Assembly (NCBI GenBank): GCA_003566675.1
Contig: PXCI01000070.1
Span: forward strand, 1 to 54,928
Reading direction: 5' to 3'
Origin: Clostridia bacterium
GTDB lineage: Bacteria > Bacillota > Sulfobacillia > SLMV01
DNA: 54,928 nucleotides
The notes beneath the pieces are model-generated. The model saw nothing but the letters and a program-made list of their open reading frames with translations, was not told the DNA's origin and ran no database searches. Of the stretch, positions 19,989 to 29,759 are shown in pieces; the first letter of the stretch is position 1, and every line of letters begins with the position of its first letter. The position numbers were made by a program, and so were the translations under genes.

Positions 19989-20633
19989 TCAGTGGCCAGC
20001 GGTCCAATCCTTCAGGTCCAAGTACCAGACGAGCATAACCTCGCCGCTACCACCGGGCTCGTGATCGTAGGCGTGCAGGTGCACCTGTCCAAGATGACAG
20101 CCCTGGCCATGGTAGAACCTGTTTGCGCCGACGTTGTAGTTCTGGGTCTCTACCTTGAGCCACATGCATCCAGATTCCCTGGCATCCAGGGCGGGGGTCC
20201 GAAACAGCTTGGTTCCAAGGCCCTGTCCGCGCCATTCGGGATGAACTCTTAGGTCCCAGAGACAGGCCAGGTCATCCCCGCCTTCCAGCATGCGAACTCC
20301 CCTGGTCTTCATGGCCAGGGTGGCCGCACCGACAGGCCTGGTTCCCGCCATGGCCAGGTAGAATCTCCAGTTCGCTGTGTCGAACTGCTCTGGCCACAAC
20401 CGGGGTGTTTCCCGGGCGTCGTAGTCTTTGTAGAACGGCGTGACGTCCCTTTCCTCCAAGATGATACCTCCAAAGCCGTTTTCGAGTGACCGTACCTCGA
20501 GAACGGAGGTCCCGCAGAAACGGATAGGTACCTTGCAGTAATCAGAGAGCGAATCGGCGGAGACGGTCTTGATTCGACAATCCTCCAGGCGCATCACCGG
20601 TTCATCTTGAGGCTTCTTACGGGGTTGCTCCAT
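19989..20633 (-). CDS. GNAT N-acetyltransferase, streptothricin-acetyltransferase-like architecture
   Basis: WDLRVHPEWRGQGLGTKLF is acetyl-CoA motif A. LKVETQNYNVGANRFYHGQGCHLG resembles the Sat/Nat family tail. Confidence 0.7.
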   Translation of the reverse strand: MEQPRKKPQDEPVMRLEDCRIKTVSADSLSDYCKVPIRFCGTSVLEVRSLENGFGGIILEERDVTPFYKDYDARETPRLWPEQFDTANWRFYLAMAGTRPVGAATLAMKTRGVRMLEGGDDLACLWDLRVHPEWRGQGLGTKLFRTPALDARESGCMWLKVETQNYNVGANRFYHGQGCHLGQVHLHAYDHEPGGSGEVMLVWYLDLKDWTAGH

Positions 20634-20737
20634 GATTGTCTCCCTTTCGATGTTCTCACCGTGGTGCGGCGCAACAGGGCTGCGCTTCTGTGACTTGCAG
20701 GAATTTCAGACTCATCTACACCAATCCACGGCATACA

Positions 20738-20771
20738 CAGACCGTCCGGTTTGTGTATGCCGACCCGTGCT
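20738..20771. repeat. perfect 11-bp inverted repeat (hairpin)
   Basis: CGGCATACACA (20738-20748) ... TGTGTATGCCG (20761-20771) with a 12-nt loop. It lies in the 290-bp spacer between two minus-strand genes. Confidence 0.7.
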
Positions 20772-20922
20772 CGCTGGAGGGAATCACAGGCGCGAAGGGC
20801 ATGGATTGTGTCACCGTTGCATCGCTCCGAAGTGCCGCAAATCGCCGATGGCACACTCCGCAGTAGACTACGGTTGCCGGTCGCGGGGCCGTCATCGGGG
20901 ACAGGCGGCAAGACAGGTCTTT

Positions 20923-21471
20923 TCATGTTTCCTCTGATCTTCTGCGGGATGAAGCAAGAAGCACATCATCGCGTACAGGTTCGAGGCATAAAAGGATCTC
21001 CCAGGCCCGTTTCATTGTCGCCCTGAACCTTGCAGTGAGAAGCTCCGGGGTGTCTGATTGCACCAGGGGACAGATGGAGGCGCCGTTATGATCCAGCACC
21101 ATGCTGAGATTTCCCTCTTCGTCAAGATCAGCGGTCAGAGGGAAGGTGCGGCATGCGAAGGGGCGTAGATGCCGGGGACAGTCCTCGTTGCAGGTCACAA
21201 ACCAGCCACCCCGGTCCCAGGAGGGGGGAAAGACGTAGTGGCGCGAGTCGTGCCACTTGCGCTTTAGCCAGGGCTGATCTCCGATGAGAAGCTGCTCACC
21301 GGGGAACAGGTAGACTCCCACGCCCGGTGCCCAGTCCTTGCAGCATACGGCATCGCAGAGCCGCCCGCAGTCCGAGGACAGGGGGGTTACGGGGGTTGTC
21401 ATTTTGTAGATGTGTCTCCATAGATGCAGGAGCCCCTCGTGGCTGAGCATAGAATCTTCCCTTCGCTTCAT
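20923..21471 (-). CDS. YkgJ-family Cys-cluster (zinc/iron-chelating) domain protein
   Basis: N-terminal Cys cluster DCGRLCDAVCC and a second motif CPRHLRPFACRTFP, typical of this family. Confidence 0.55.
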   Translation of the reverse strand: MKRREDSMLSHEGLLHLWRHIYKMTTPVTPLSSDCGRLCDAVCCKDWAPGVGVYLFPGEQLLIGDQPWLKRKWHDSRHYVFPPSWDRGGWFVTCNEDCPRHLRPFACRTFPLTADLDEEGNLSMVLDHNGASICPLVQSDTPELLTARFRATMKRAWEILLCLEPVRDDVLLASSRRRSEET

Positions 21472-21562
21472 TCAGTGTGCCATAGGGGGATTCGGGGAGA
21501 CAATGGGGCCGGGCGGTGGTATCCTAATCTCAGATTAGCAGGTTGATGGTGGGGGGTTAAAT

Positions 21563-22915
21563 GTGACCAGAGATGAAGCGGTATTGCATTATCATATACA
21601 GACCTACGGTTGTCAGATGAACGAACATGACTCCGAGGTCCTGTCGGGGGTTCTGGAGGACCTGGGATACGCGCGGGCGGACGATGCCGCCGGAGCGGAC
21701 CTGATCCTGGTGAACACCTGCTGCGTGCGGGACAGTGCCGAACAGCGGATCCTCGGCGAACTTGGGCGCCTGAAGCGGCACAAGTATAAGAATCCCGAGG
21801 TCTTGATCGGGGTCTGCGGGTGTATGGTCATGCAGGATGGCGCCCTGGACAGGCTTCGACGGCGGGTACCCCACGTGGATTTCGTCCTGGGTACCGATCA
21901 GCTGCACCGATTACCAGAGCTCCTAGAGGAAGCGCAGCGCTGCGATCAGATAGTTGTGCAGAGAGAGTCCGGGGAGGGGGAGAACGTCCTCCCTACGGAC
22001 CTACCCAGGCGCCGGGTGGAGGGGATCAGGGCCTGGGTCCCGATCATATACGGCTGCAACAACTTCTGCACCTACTGCATCGTGCCTTATGTTCGAGGCA
22101 GAGAGATCAGTCGGCCTGCAGAGGACATCGTCGGTGAGGTGCAGCGGCTGGTCCAGGATGGGGTCCGCGAGGTTACGCTGCTTGGTCAGAATGTAAATTC
22201 TTACGGCCGGGACCGGGAAGATGATGTGCGTTTTGGCGACCTTCTGAGCCTGCTCAATGAGGTGGATGGGCTGCGGTGGATCCGGTATACGACCTCCCAC
22301 CCCCGCGACTTCTCCCTCGATCTGGTGGACCAGATCGCCGACCTGGACCGGGTCTGTGAGCATTTTCACCTGCCTGTGCAAAGCGGAAGTGATCAGATTC
22401 TGAGACGCATGAACCGTGGTTACACGCGGGAGGAATATCTCAGATTGGCCGCACGAATCGAGCAGAAAACCCCGGGGGCCTCCATCACCACGGACGTGAT
22501 TGTGGGTTTCCCGGGTGAGACTGAGGAAGATTTCGAGGAGACCTGCGATCTTTTCCGCCGGGTTCGTTTTGACGGTGCTTTCAGTTTCTTGTATTCTCCG
22601 CGTTCGGGAACTGAGGCCGCCAAGTACGGGGGCCAGGTGCCCGATGAGGTCAAAAAGGAGCGCCTCAACCGGCTGAATCAGCTGCAGTATGAGATCTCCC
22701 TCGAGAAGAACCAGACCCTGGAAGGTAGCGAGATGACCGTGCTGGTCGATGGACCCAGCACGCGGGATCCCCGGGTGCTGCGGTGCAGGAGCCGGACCAA
22801 CAAGCTGGTACTGGCCGAGGGACCCGAGGCCTATCGGGACCGCTTCGTCCGGGTCCGGGTCGGGCGGGCTGAGACCTTTCAGCTCCGGGCAGAAATCCTC
22901 AACGAGGACGGGTGA
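21563..22915 (+). CDS. miaB: tRNA-i6A37 methylthiotransferase MiaB
   Basis: YHIQTYGCQMNEHDSE, the radical-SAM motif CNNFCTYCIVP and a C-terminal TRAM domain. Confidence 0.92.
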   Translation: MTRDEAVLHYHIQTYGCQMNEHDSEVLSGVLEDLGYARADDAAGADLILVNTCCVRDSAEQRILGELGRLKRHKYKNPEVLIGVCGCMVMQDGALDRLRRRVPHVDFVLGTDQLHRLPELLEEAQRCDQIVVQRESGEGENVLPTDLPRRRVEGIRAWVPIIYGCNNFCTYCIVPYVRGREISRPAEDIVGEVQRLVQDGVREVTLLGQNVNSYGRDREDDVRFGDLLSLLNEVDGLRWIRYTTSHPRDFSLDLVDQIADLDRVCEHFHLPVQSGSDQILRRMNRGYTREEYLRLAARIEQKTPGASITTDVIVGFPGETEEDFEETCDLFRRVRFDGAFSFLYSPRSGTEAAKYGGQVPDEVKKERLNRLNQLQYEISLEKNQTLEGSEMTVLVDGPSTRDPRVLRCRSRTNKLVLAEGPEAYRDRFVRVRVGRAETFQLRAEILNEDG

Positions 22916-23756
22916 GCATCGCGACGACCATCCGGATGAAGCACTCCCTCAGTCCCGGCATCAGGATCAGGGGAGCCAGGTACGGACGAAGGGGAACCTC
23001 GCGGTAGTGCAGGAGCTCGGCCGGCAGGCCGGCTGCGATGCGACGGAATCTTCGAGACGTCATGCCGTTGATGTAGGCCAGCTGATCGGAGCCGAGGTCT
23101 CCCAGCCTCAGGTTCAGACGGGCCTCGGCGTCGGCATGTCCCTGGATCAGCTGGCGATAGGCCGTGATCATGGTGGAATGGGAGAAGATCAGGTGGACCC
23201 AGGGGATGCCAATGGCGTCGGAGAGATGAGCGCCGTAGGGGTGGTAATAGGGCGGGAAATTAACAAAAAGGTTTCCCCCAGGCCGGAGGACCCGCAGGCA
23301 CTCGAGAAGAACCCGCACAGGTTCGGTCAGGTGTTCCACCGTATCGTTCAGGATGATGGTATCGAAGAAGCCGTCTTCGAAGGGCATGTCCGCGGCATCC
23401 CCGGTGACGAAGTGGGTCAGGTGCTTGAGTCCCTGCTCCTGGCTGAACGCTGATGCCTGGCGCTCGTAGCTCTCGACAGCGTCAATTCCCCATACGCCCG
23501 CGGGTTTTAGCGTGGCGAAGTAGCAGGTCTTGCCCCCAGCACCGCAACCGACATCCAGGACTCTTCGGTCTCTGAACATTTCATCCAGGGTGGTGAAGTC
23601 CAGGTAATATTGGATAGTGCGGTGGCCCTGTTCAAACTGCCACCGGGCGTAGGTCATGGTCCCGTCCGTCTCCAGATTGAAAGGATGTACGGGTCGGGGA
23701 AAGAAGCGGTTGAGGAATTTGAGGATCGCGACGCTGGGTGCGCTCATGCCATCCAC
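22899..23756 (-). CDS. class I SAM-dependent methyltransferase
   Basis: VLDVGCGAGGKTCYFA is motif I. Its 3' end overlaps the miaB 3' end convergently by 17 nt. Confidence 0.8.
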   Translation of the reverse strand: MDGMSAPSVAILKFLNRFFPRPVHPFNLETDGTMTYARWQFEQGHRTIQYYLDFTTLDEMFRDRRVLDVGCGAGGKTCYFATLKPAGVWGIDAVESYERQASAFSQEQGLKHLTHFVTGDAADMPFEDGFFDTIILNDTVEHLTEPVRVLLECLRVLRPGGNLFVNFPPYYHPYGAHLSDAIGIPWVHLIFSHSTMITAYRQLIQGHADAEARLNLRLGDLGSDQLAYINGMTSRRFRRIAAGLPAELLHYREVPLRPYLAPLILMPGLRECFIRMVVAMLTRPR

Positions 23757-23837
23757 CTCCGTGGGTTCATTTAAGGAGTGTCTGCTTTCTTGTACAATAC
23801 ATACAGAGGAAGGTCAAGTCCTTGAGGGGAGGAGAGA

Positions 23838-26423
23838 ATGGGGCGCAAAGATGAAGTCAGTACCCCAATGATGAAGCAGTACCTGGGCATAAAGGAGTCA
23901 CACCCGGAGGAGATGCTCTTTTTCCGCATGGGAGACTTCTACGAGATGTTCTTTGAAGATGCCGAATCAGCAGCCCGGCTTCTGGATATTGCGCTCACCT
24001 CCAGGGATGGCGGCAATGGTGTTCGGGTTCCCATGGCTGGAGTTCCCTATCACGCTGCGGAATCATACATACAAGGCCTGTTGGAAGCTGGGCAGCGGGT
24101 GGCGATCTGTGAGCAGATGGAGGAGGCGTCCGCTGCGCGGGGGCTGGTAAGACGAGAGGTGGTTCGGGTCATCACCCCCGGGGCCCGGATGGATGCCGCG
24201 GTGATGGGAAGCAAGAGGGATAACCTGGCCGCAGCTGTGGCGGGTTCGGGGGATTCCCTCGGCATGGCCGTCGCCGATATTTCCACCGGCTATTTCGCCT
24301 GCGTTCAAGTGGACGGGCCCGACGCCCAGCGCAGGATTGCCGGAGAGTTTGCCCGCCACGGTCCCCGGGAGTGCTGCATCGATCCGGGGGTAACCGGGGG
24401 CGAGGCACTGCGAGAGGGCCTCACCGAAGCCGGGCCCCTTCACTTCGCGGAGATGGATGACTGGGTTTTTGACGAGGATCGATGCGAAGAGATACTGAGG
24501 GACCATTTTGGGGTGTCGAATCTGGCCGGTTTCGGCTGCGACGGTCGACCCCAGGCGGTCCGTGCCGCGGGGGGACTTCTGCATTACCTTCGAGATACCC
24601 AGAGGAACGCTCTGCGCCAGATTGTCACGCTACAGACCTACTCTGTCGAGGATCACCTGATCATCGATCCTGTGGCCCGGCGAACCCTCGAGCTGACGGC
24701 CCCGCTGTTTTCTGATCGCGAGGGCGGAACGCTGCTGGAGGCCCTGGACCGCACGGAGACTCCCATGGGGGGCAGGCTCCTGCGCCGGCGGATGGAGCGC
24801 CCCTTGAGGGACCCAGGGGCCATAGGTCGAAGACTGGATGGTGTGGAGGCCCTGGTCGGGGATCCGGTGTCCCGGGACCGGCTGCGGGAGTCGCTGCGCC
24901 GGATACAGGACCTGGAACGGTTGGCAGGACGGATCTCCTATGGCACCGCCACTCCGAGAGACATGGCTGCACTGCGGGGCTCTCTGGCCCGGATTCCGGG
25001 GGTGCTGGATGCCCTGTCCGATATGCCCCAGGCCTGTGAGGAGGGCTCGATGTGGGGCGAGCTCATTGCGGGGACCGATCTGCTCGAGGATGTTTGCGAG
25101 ATGCTGGACACTGCCCTGGTCGATGAGCCTCCAACCGGGGTCCGAGATGGCGGGATCATTCGCACGGGCTATGACGAGGACATTGATCGGCTGCGCCGTC
25201 GGTCCGAAGAGGGAAAACAGTGGATTGCCGAGATGGAGGTTCGGGAGCGAGAGGAAACGGGGATCAAGTCGCTGAAGGTTGGGCACAACAAGGTTTTCGG
25301 CTACTACCTTGAGGTGACCCATCCCAATCGGGACCTGGTTCCGGATTCCTATCAACGCAAGCAGACCCTGGTTAACTCCGAACGCTACGTCACACCCGAG
25401 CTGAAGGAGAAGGAGGCTCTCATTTTCGGGGCCGAGGACCGGCTCGCAGATCTGGAGTATCGGTCCTTCGTTCGACTGCGGGAGAGGACGGCCGAGGAAG
25501 TGGACCGCCTCCTGGGGACGGCGGCTTCCCTGGCGCAGATTGATTTTCTGCTCAGTCTCGCCCTGGTGGCAGTCCACAATAACTACTGTCGGCCCGTTGT
25601 GGATGAGGATCTGGTTCTGGACATCGTACTGGGGCGGCATCCGGTTCTGGATGCAACGGACATCGATGAACCTTTTGTCCCCAACGACTGCTACATCGAC
25701 TGCGACAGCCAGGCCTTCCTGGTGGTCACCGGGCCCAACATGTCCGGCAAATCTACATACCTGCGCCAGGTGGGCCTGATCGTGATCATGGCCCAGATGG
25801 GTTCTTTTGTTCCAGCCGAACGGGCCAGGATCGGGGTGGTGGACCAGGTATTCACCCGGATTGGTGCCGCCGATGATCTGACCCGGGGTCGCAGTACATT
25901 TATGATGGAGATGACCGAGGTGGCCAACATCCTCAACAACGCCACCACGCGAAGCCTGCTCATTCTCGATGAGGTGGGGCGCGGCACCAGTACCTATGAC
26001 GGCATCAGCATTGCCTGGGCGACGTGTGAATACATCCGGCGGTCTTCGCGACTGGGGTGCCGCACGCTGTTTGCCACCCACTATCACGAGCTCACCCGCC
26101 TGGCCGATCGGTATCACGGGGTGGCAAATTATTCGGTGGCAGTGCGGGAGAAGGGGGATGACGTGGTATTTCTGCGTAAGGTGGTTCCAGGGCCGACAGA
26201 TCGAAGCTACGGCATCCACGTGGCGCGCCTGGCTGGTCTGCCACACCAGGTCATTTTCAGGGCCCGGGAGCTGTTGTCGGGCCTGGAGCAGTCCGCGGAA
26301 GCCCTCACCCCCGACGCCCCGCAGGAAGATGTCCGGATGCGGGATGGACGGGCTGTGACCCGTAGAAAGGGCTCTTATGACCAGGTCTCGCTGTTTCATC
26401 GGGGGGATGAGGACGATGAGTAG
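23838..26423 (+). CDS. mutS: DNA mismatch repair protein MutS
   Basis: TPMMKQYLGIKESHPEEMLFFRMGDFYEMF, Walker A GPNMSGKST, STFMMEM. 861 aa. Confidence 0.97.
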   Translation: MGRKDEVSTPMMKQYLGIKESHPEEMLFFRMGDFYEMFFEDAESAARLLDIALTSRDGGNGVRVPMAGVPYHAAESYIQGLLEAGQRVAICEQMEEASAARGLVRREVVRVITPGARMDAAVMGSKRDNLAAAVAGSGDSLGMAVADISTGYFACVQVDGPDAQRRIAGEFARHGPRECCIDPGVTGGEALREGLTEAGPLHFAEMDDWVFDEDRCEEILRDHFGVSNLAGFGCDGRPQAVRAAGGLLHYLRDTQRNALRQIVTLQTYSVEDHLIIDPVARRTLELTAPLFSDREGGTLLEALDRTETPMGGRLLRRRMERPLRDPGAIGRRLDGVEALVGDPVSRDRLRESLRRIQDLERLAGRISYGTATPRDMAALRGSLARIPGVLDALSDMPQACEEGSMWGELIAGTDLLEDVCEMLDTALVDEPPTGVRDGGIIRTGYDEDIDRLRRRSEEGKQWIAEMEVREREETGIKSLKVGHNKVFGYYLEVTHPNRDLVPDSYQRKQTLVNSERYVTPELKEKEALIFGAEDRLADLEYRSFVRLRERTAEEVDRLLGTAASLAQIDFLLSLALVAVHNNYCRPVVDEDLVLDIVLGRHPVLDATDIDEPFVPNDCYIDCDSQAFLVVTGPNMSGKSTYLRQVGLIVIMAQMGSFVPAERARIGVVDQVFTRIGAADDLTRGRSTFMMEMTEVANILNNATTRSLLILDEVGRGTSTYDGISIAWATCEYIRRSSRLGCRTLFATHYHELTRLADRYHGVANYSVAVREKGDDVVFLRKVVPGPTDRSYGIHVARLAGLPHQVIFRARELLSGLEQSAEALTPDAPQEDVRMRDGRAVTRRKGSYDQVSLFHRGDEDDE

Positions 26424-28119
26424 AGGCAGCAGGATTAAGAGACTCTCCCAGGCCCTGGTGAACCGCATCGCGGCGGGTGAGGTCGTGGAACGACCGGCCT
26501 CCGTGGTCAAGGAACTGGTGGAGAACGCGATCGATGCTGGGGCAGCGGAGGTGCGGATTGACATCACAAAGGGCGGAATGCAGCGCATCGTCGTCGCCGA
26601 TGACGGCATTGGCATGGGGGCGGAAGACCTGTTGCTGGCCGTCGCACCCCATGCCACGAGCAAGATATCGGTTGACGACGACCTGGAGGCCATTGAGACC
26701 CTGGGTTTCCGCGGAGAGGCCCTGGCCAGCATTGCCTCGGTTTCCGAGATGCAGATCTATTCCCGGCCCCGGGAGGAAGACGTCGGTGCCGTTTTGAAGG
26801 TGCACGGTGGAGATGAGGCACCTCTGCAGTCGCGGGGCGGCCCCCCGGGCACGAGGATCGAGGTGAAGAACCTCTTCTACAACACGCCGGCCCGCAAAAA
26901 GCACCTTAGGCGCCAGGCGACCGAGACGTCTCACGTGCTGTCTGCGGTCAGGGAGATGGCCCTCGCTCATCCGGAGGTATCTCTGCGTCTTTCCCATGCC
27001 TCTGAAGAGCGGGTGTTCACCAGCGGCAGCGGCGACCTGGGCCAGTGTATTGCCGAGATTTTTGGGGCGGAGGTGGCCCGGGAGGTATTGCCCATTGGAG
27101 AGCCGGGGGAGCCGGTGTGGGGATTTATCGGGACCCCGGCCCTCAGCAGGAGCAGGCGAGACCGGCAGTATATTCTGATCAACCGGAGGTCGGTGAACCA
27201 TCCGGGGATGGGTGCGGTGCTGAACCGCGCCTACGAGGGGTTTGTGGACCGCGGTCGTTATCCTGTCGTCGTCCTTGTGATCTCGGTTGCGCCGCAGAGG
27301 ATTGATGTCAATGTCCATCCCGCCAAGCGGGAGGTCCGCATCCTCGAGGAGCGGGAACTGCTGGGCCGAATACACAACGCCATCCGGGGTGCTCTTCTGG
27401 GCATGCCTGCGCCACGCTGGGAGGTACGAGAGGGTGGGGCGAAGGGTCGTCGGGGTGACGACAGTTCCTCCCTTCCCGGGGGACGAGATCTGCCGGCCCA
27501 GAGGCAGCTCGCCTACTTTCCCCAACAGGGGGAGGAGCAGACCCCCTCTGAGGTGTTCAGGCAGCTTCGTCCCCTCGGGCAGATCGACGAGACCTACCTG
27601 GTGGCCCAGGGCCCCGAAGGGATGTATTTGATTGATCAGCATGCGGCCCATGAACGGTTATACTATGAGCGAGCCCTCGAGGCCTGGAGGTCCAGATCAT
27701 CTCCATGTCAGCTGCTGGCCGTTCCTCATGCCTGTGAGGTGGGCCCCGAACAGGTGCAGCGGTGGGAGGCGGCCAGAGATGATTTCGAGGCCCTGGGTTT
27801 TGACGTGGAGCCCTTTGGTAAGGACACCCTACTCGTCAGGGGGGTTCCGGTCTACGCGGGTGAATCGGTTTCTGCGCACCTGCTGTCGGAGGTCCTGGAG
27901 AAGATGGGGGGCAGTCCGACGACGAGGGAATCCGTCGCCCTTGCGATGGCAGCCTGCAAGTCGGCGGTCCGGGCGGGGGACAGGCTGAGTGTTGCCGAGA
28001 TCCAGCATCTTCTCGAGGACCTGGCCGGACTGACGCAGGCAGGGACCTGTCCCCACGGCCGTCCGACGGTGGTCATACTCACGAGGCGGGAGATGTCACG
28101 CATGTTCGGGCGTCACTGA
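26416..28119 (+). CDS. mutL: DNA mismatch repair protein MutL
   Basis: RIKRLSQALVNRIAAGEVVERPASVVKELVENAIDAGA is the GHKL ATPase motif. ATG 26416 or 26407 overlaps the mutS stop. Confidence 0.95.
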   Translation: MSRGSRIKRLSQALVNRIAAGEVVERPASVVKELVENAIDAGAAEVRIDITKGGMQRIVVADDGIGMGAEDLLLAVAPHATSKISVDDDLEAIETLGFRGEALASIASVSEMQIYSRPREEDVGAVLKVHGGDEAPLQSRGGPPGTRIEVKNLFYNTPARKKHLRRQATETSHVLSAVREMALAHPEVSLRLSHASEERVFTSGSGDLGQCIAEIFGAEVAREVLPIGEPGEPVWGFIGTPALSRSRRDRQYILINRRSVNHPGMGAVLNRAYEGFVDRGRYPVVVLVISVAPQRIDVNVHPAKREVRILEERELLGRIHNAIRGALLGMPAPRWEVREGGAKGRRGDDSSSLPGGRDLPAQRQLAYFPQQGEEQTPSEVFRQLRPLGQIDETYLVAQGPEGMYLIDQHAAHERLYYERALEAWRSRSSPCQLLAVPHACEVGPEQVQRWEAARDDFEALGFDVEPFGKDTLLVRGVPVYAGESVSAHLLSEVLEKMGGSPTTRESVALAMAACKSAVRAGDRLSVAEIQHLLEDLAGLTQAGTCPHGRPTVVILTRREMSRMFGRH

Positions 28120-28133
28120 GGGAGGCTGAAGCG

Positions 28134-29063
28134 ATGGGCGAACAAACGCGTGTTCTGGTGATTGTGGGACCCACAGCGGTGGGCAAGAGTGGCCTGGCCG
28201 TGGAACTCGCCCATCGTTTCCGCGGCGAGATCATCTCGGCCGATTCGATGCAGGTTTACCGGGGTATGGACATCGGCACGGCGAAGATGACCCGGGAGGA
28301 GATGGCGGGTGTTCCCCACCATATGATGGATATCCTTCCTCCCACCGAGCGCTTCAGCGCGGGCCGATTCAAGACGCTCGCTCGCTCCATCATCGGGGAC
28401 ATCACCAGCAGAGGGATGCTCCCCCTTGTGGTCGGGGGCACGGCTCTGTATGTTCGAGCCCTCCTTTATGATTATCCCCTGGCGCAGGTGGCGAGGGATC
28501 CCAAATTGAGAAGGCAGCTGCAGCGGAAGGCCGAGAGGGAGGGGTCCCAATCTCTCCATGGGGTCCTTGAGAAGCTGGATGCTGACAGTGCTCAACGGAT
28601 CCACCCCAATGACCTCAAGCGCGTGATCCGGGCGATCGAAGTCCACTGCAAGACCGGTCGGACCATGACGGAGTGGAGGCGTTCGACTCCGAAAGAACCC
28701 GCCTATGATGCGCTGAAAATCGGTCTATGCACCCGCCGAGAAGTGCTCTATGAGCGGATCAACAGGCGGGTCGATGAGATGATGGACCGGGGGCTGGTGA
28801 CCGAGGTCCGGAATCTCCTGGAGGAGTTCGGTGCCCTCAGTTCAACCGCGGGCGAGGCCCTAGGCTACCGGGAGGTCATCGAGTACCTGGGGGGGCAGGT
28901 TGATCTGGACGGGTGCATCTGCAAGATCAAGAGAAATACGAGGAATTTTGCCAAGCGCCAGCTCACCTGGTTCCGGGCGGATGAAGACATACAATGGGTT
29001 GACGCAACTTCCAAGAAAGCTCTCGAGGAGGCGTCGGTCCGGGTGGCCAACTGGATGGACTGA
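28134..29063 (+). CDS. miaA: tRNA dimethylallyltransferase MiaA
   Basis: VIVGPTAVGKSGLAVELA P-loop and ISADSMQVYRGMDIGTAK. Confidence 0.93.
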   Translation: MGEQTRVLVIVGPTAVGKSGLAVELAHRFRGEIISADSMQVYRGMDIGTAKMTREEMAGVPHHMMDILPPTERFSAGRFKTLARSIIGDITSRGMLPLVVGGTALYVRALLYDYPLAQVARDPKLRRQLQRKAEREGSQSLHGVLEKLDADSAQRIHPNDLKRVIRAIEVHCKTGRTMTEWRRSTPKEPAYDALKIGLCTRREVLYERINRRVDEMMDRGLVTEVRNLLEEFGALSSTAGEALGYREVIEYLGGQVDLDGCICKIKRNTRNFAKRQLTWFRADEDIQWVDATSKKALEEASVRVANWMD

Positions 29064-29222
29064 GCGCTTCTTTTCCGTTTCATTTCTTTCCGATATCCTC
29101 GCTTTTGGGGGAGACCGGGAGCATTTCCCGGACGATTTTCCCCTCATATGACTTACTCAGAAGACCAATTTAATATTCGTTGGACTTTTTTTGCTTTTTA
29201 AGAAGGAGTTTGAAGTGGCGTG

Positions 29223-29270
29223 CAGAATACAGAGAGTGGATGACAAGTGGAGCGGAGTGGAGGATAGGGG
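29223..29270 (+). promoter_or_regulatory. array of phased AGTGG(A/C) direct repeats, candidate MraZ operator
   Basis: AGTGGC at 29223-29228 and AGTGGA at 29244-29249, 29255-29260 and 29265-29270. Spacings are 21, 11 and 10 bp. The array lies 55-100 bp upstream of the mraZ start. Confidence 0.5.
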
Positions 29271-29324
29271 AGTGCTGAGGGGTTTGTGGTGGGGAACATC
29301 GCCAGGAACGGGAGGTCCATCGTC

Positions 29325-29759
29325 GTGTTTATGAGTGAGTATCGGCACAACATAGATGAAAAGGGTCGTCTGATTATCCCCGCAAAATACCGAGCGGAGC
29401 TGGGGGAGTCCTTTATCATTACCAAGGGACTCGATGGATGCCTTTTCGTTTATCCCGATGCGGAATGGACAGCCCTTACCGAGAGGATGAAGGAGTTGCC
29501 CTTCACAAAATCTGATGCCCGCGCCTTTGTGCGTTTCTTCTTTTCTGGGGCCTCGGAATGCAATTGCGACTCACAGGGTCGCACTGTGATCCCCTCGAAT
29601 CTCAGGACCTACGGACAACTGGACAGGGAAGCAGTCATCGTAGGGGTCGGAAATCGGATCGAAATCTGGAGCGGCGAGAAGTGGGAGGAATTCGAAAACT
29701 CTGCCGAGGAGACGTACGAAGATTCGGCGGAGAAACTCACGGACCTGGATCTGTTTTGA
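29325..29759 (+). CDS. mraZ: transcriptional regulator MraZ
   Basis: From GTG 29325 the product begins (M)FMSEYRHNIDEKGRLIIPAKYR, the canonical MraZ N-terminus. GGGAGG SD lies upstream. There are two SpoVT/AbrB-like halves. Confidence 0.92.
   Translation: MFMSEYRHNIDEKGRLIIPAKYRAELGESFIITKGLDGCLFVYPDAEWTALTERMKELPFTKSDARAFVRFFFSGASECNCDSQGRTVIPSNLRTYGQLDREAVIVGVGNRIEIWSGEKWEEFENSAEETYEDSAEKLTDLDLF

Noticed and set aside
20594-20926. A 110-aa minus-strand ORF filling the spacer between the YkgJ-like gene and the GNAT gene.
   Set aside because: It has an Arg/Ser/Pro-rich composition, no SD and no motif, and it spans the 11-bp hairpin. It is treated as intergenic.
22899-22915. A 17-nt convergent overlap of the miaB and methyltransferase 3' ends.
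   Set aside because: This is real but ordinary for compact genomes. It has no further implication that I can support.
24630-26732. 700-aa minus-strand ORF. There are many similar long antisense or alternate-frame ORFs: 623-1471 -, 6308-6931 -, 8667-9473 -, 10779-11726 -, 11828-12640 -, 13188-13784 -, 26305-27651 -, 34086-35144 -, 34816-35709 -, 37445-38362 -, 37939-38700 +, 38652-39413 -, 42253-42918 -, 42888-43751 -, 52114-52965 -, 54055-54870 -.
   Set aside because: They lie opposite to, or out of frame with, genes that carry unambiguous family motifs (mutS, mutL, mur genes, ftsZ and others). Their translations are Arg/Pro/Gly-rich and low in complexity, with no recognisable motifs. This is the expected artefact of a GC-rich genome.
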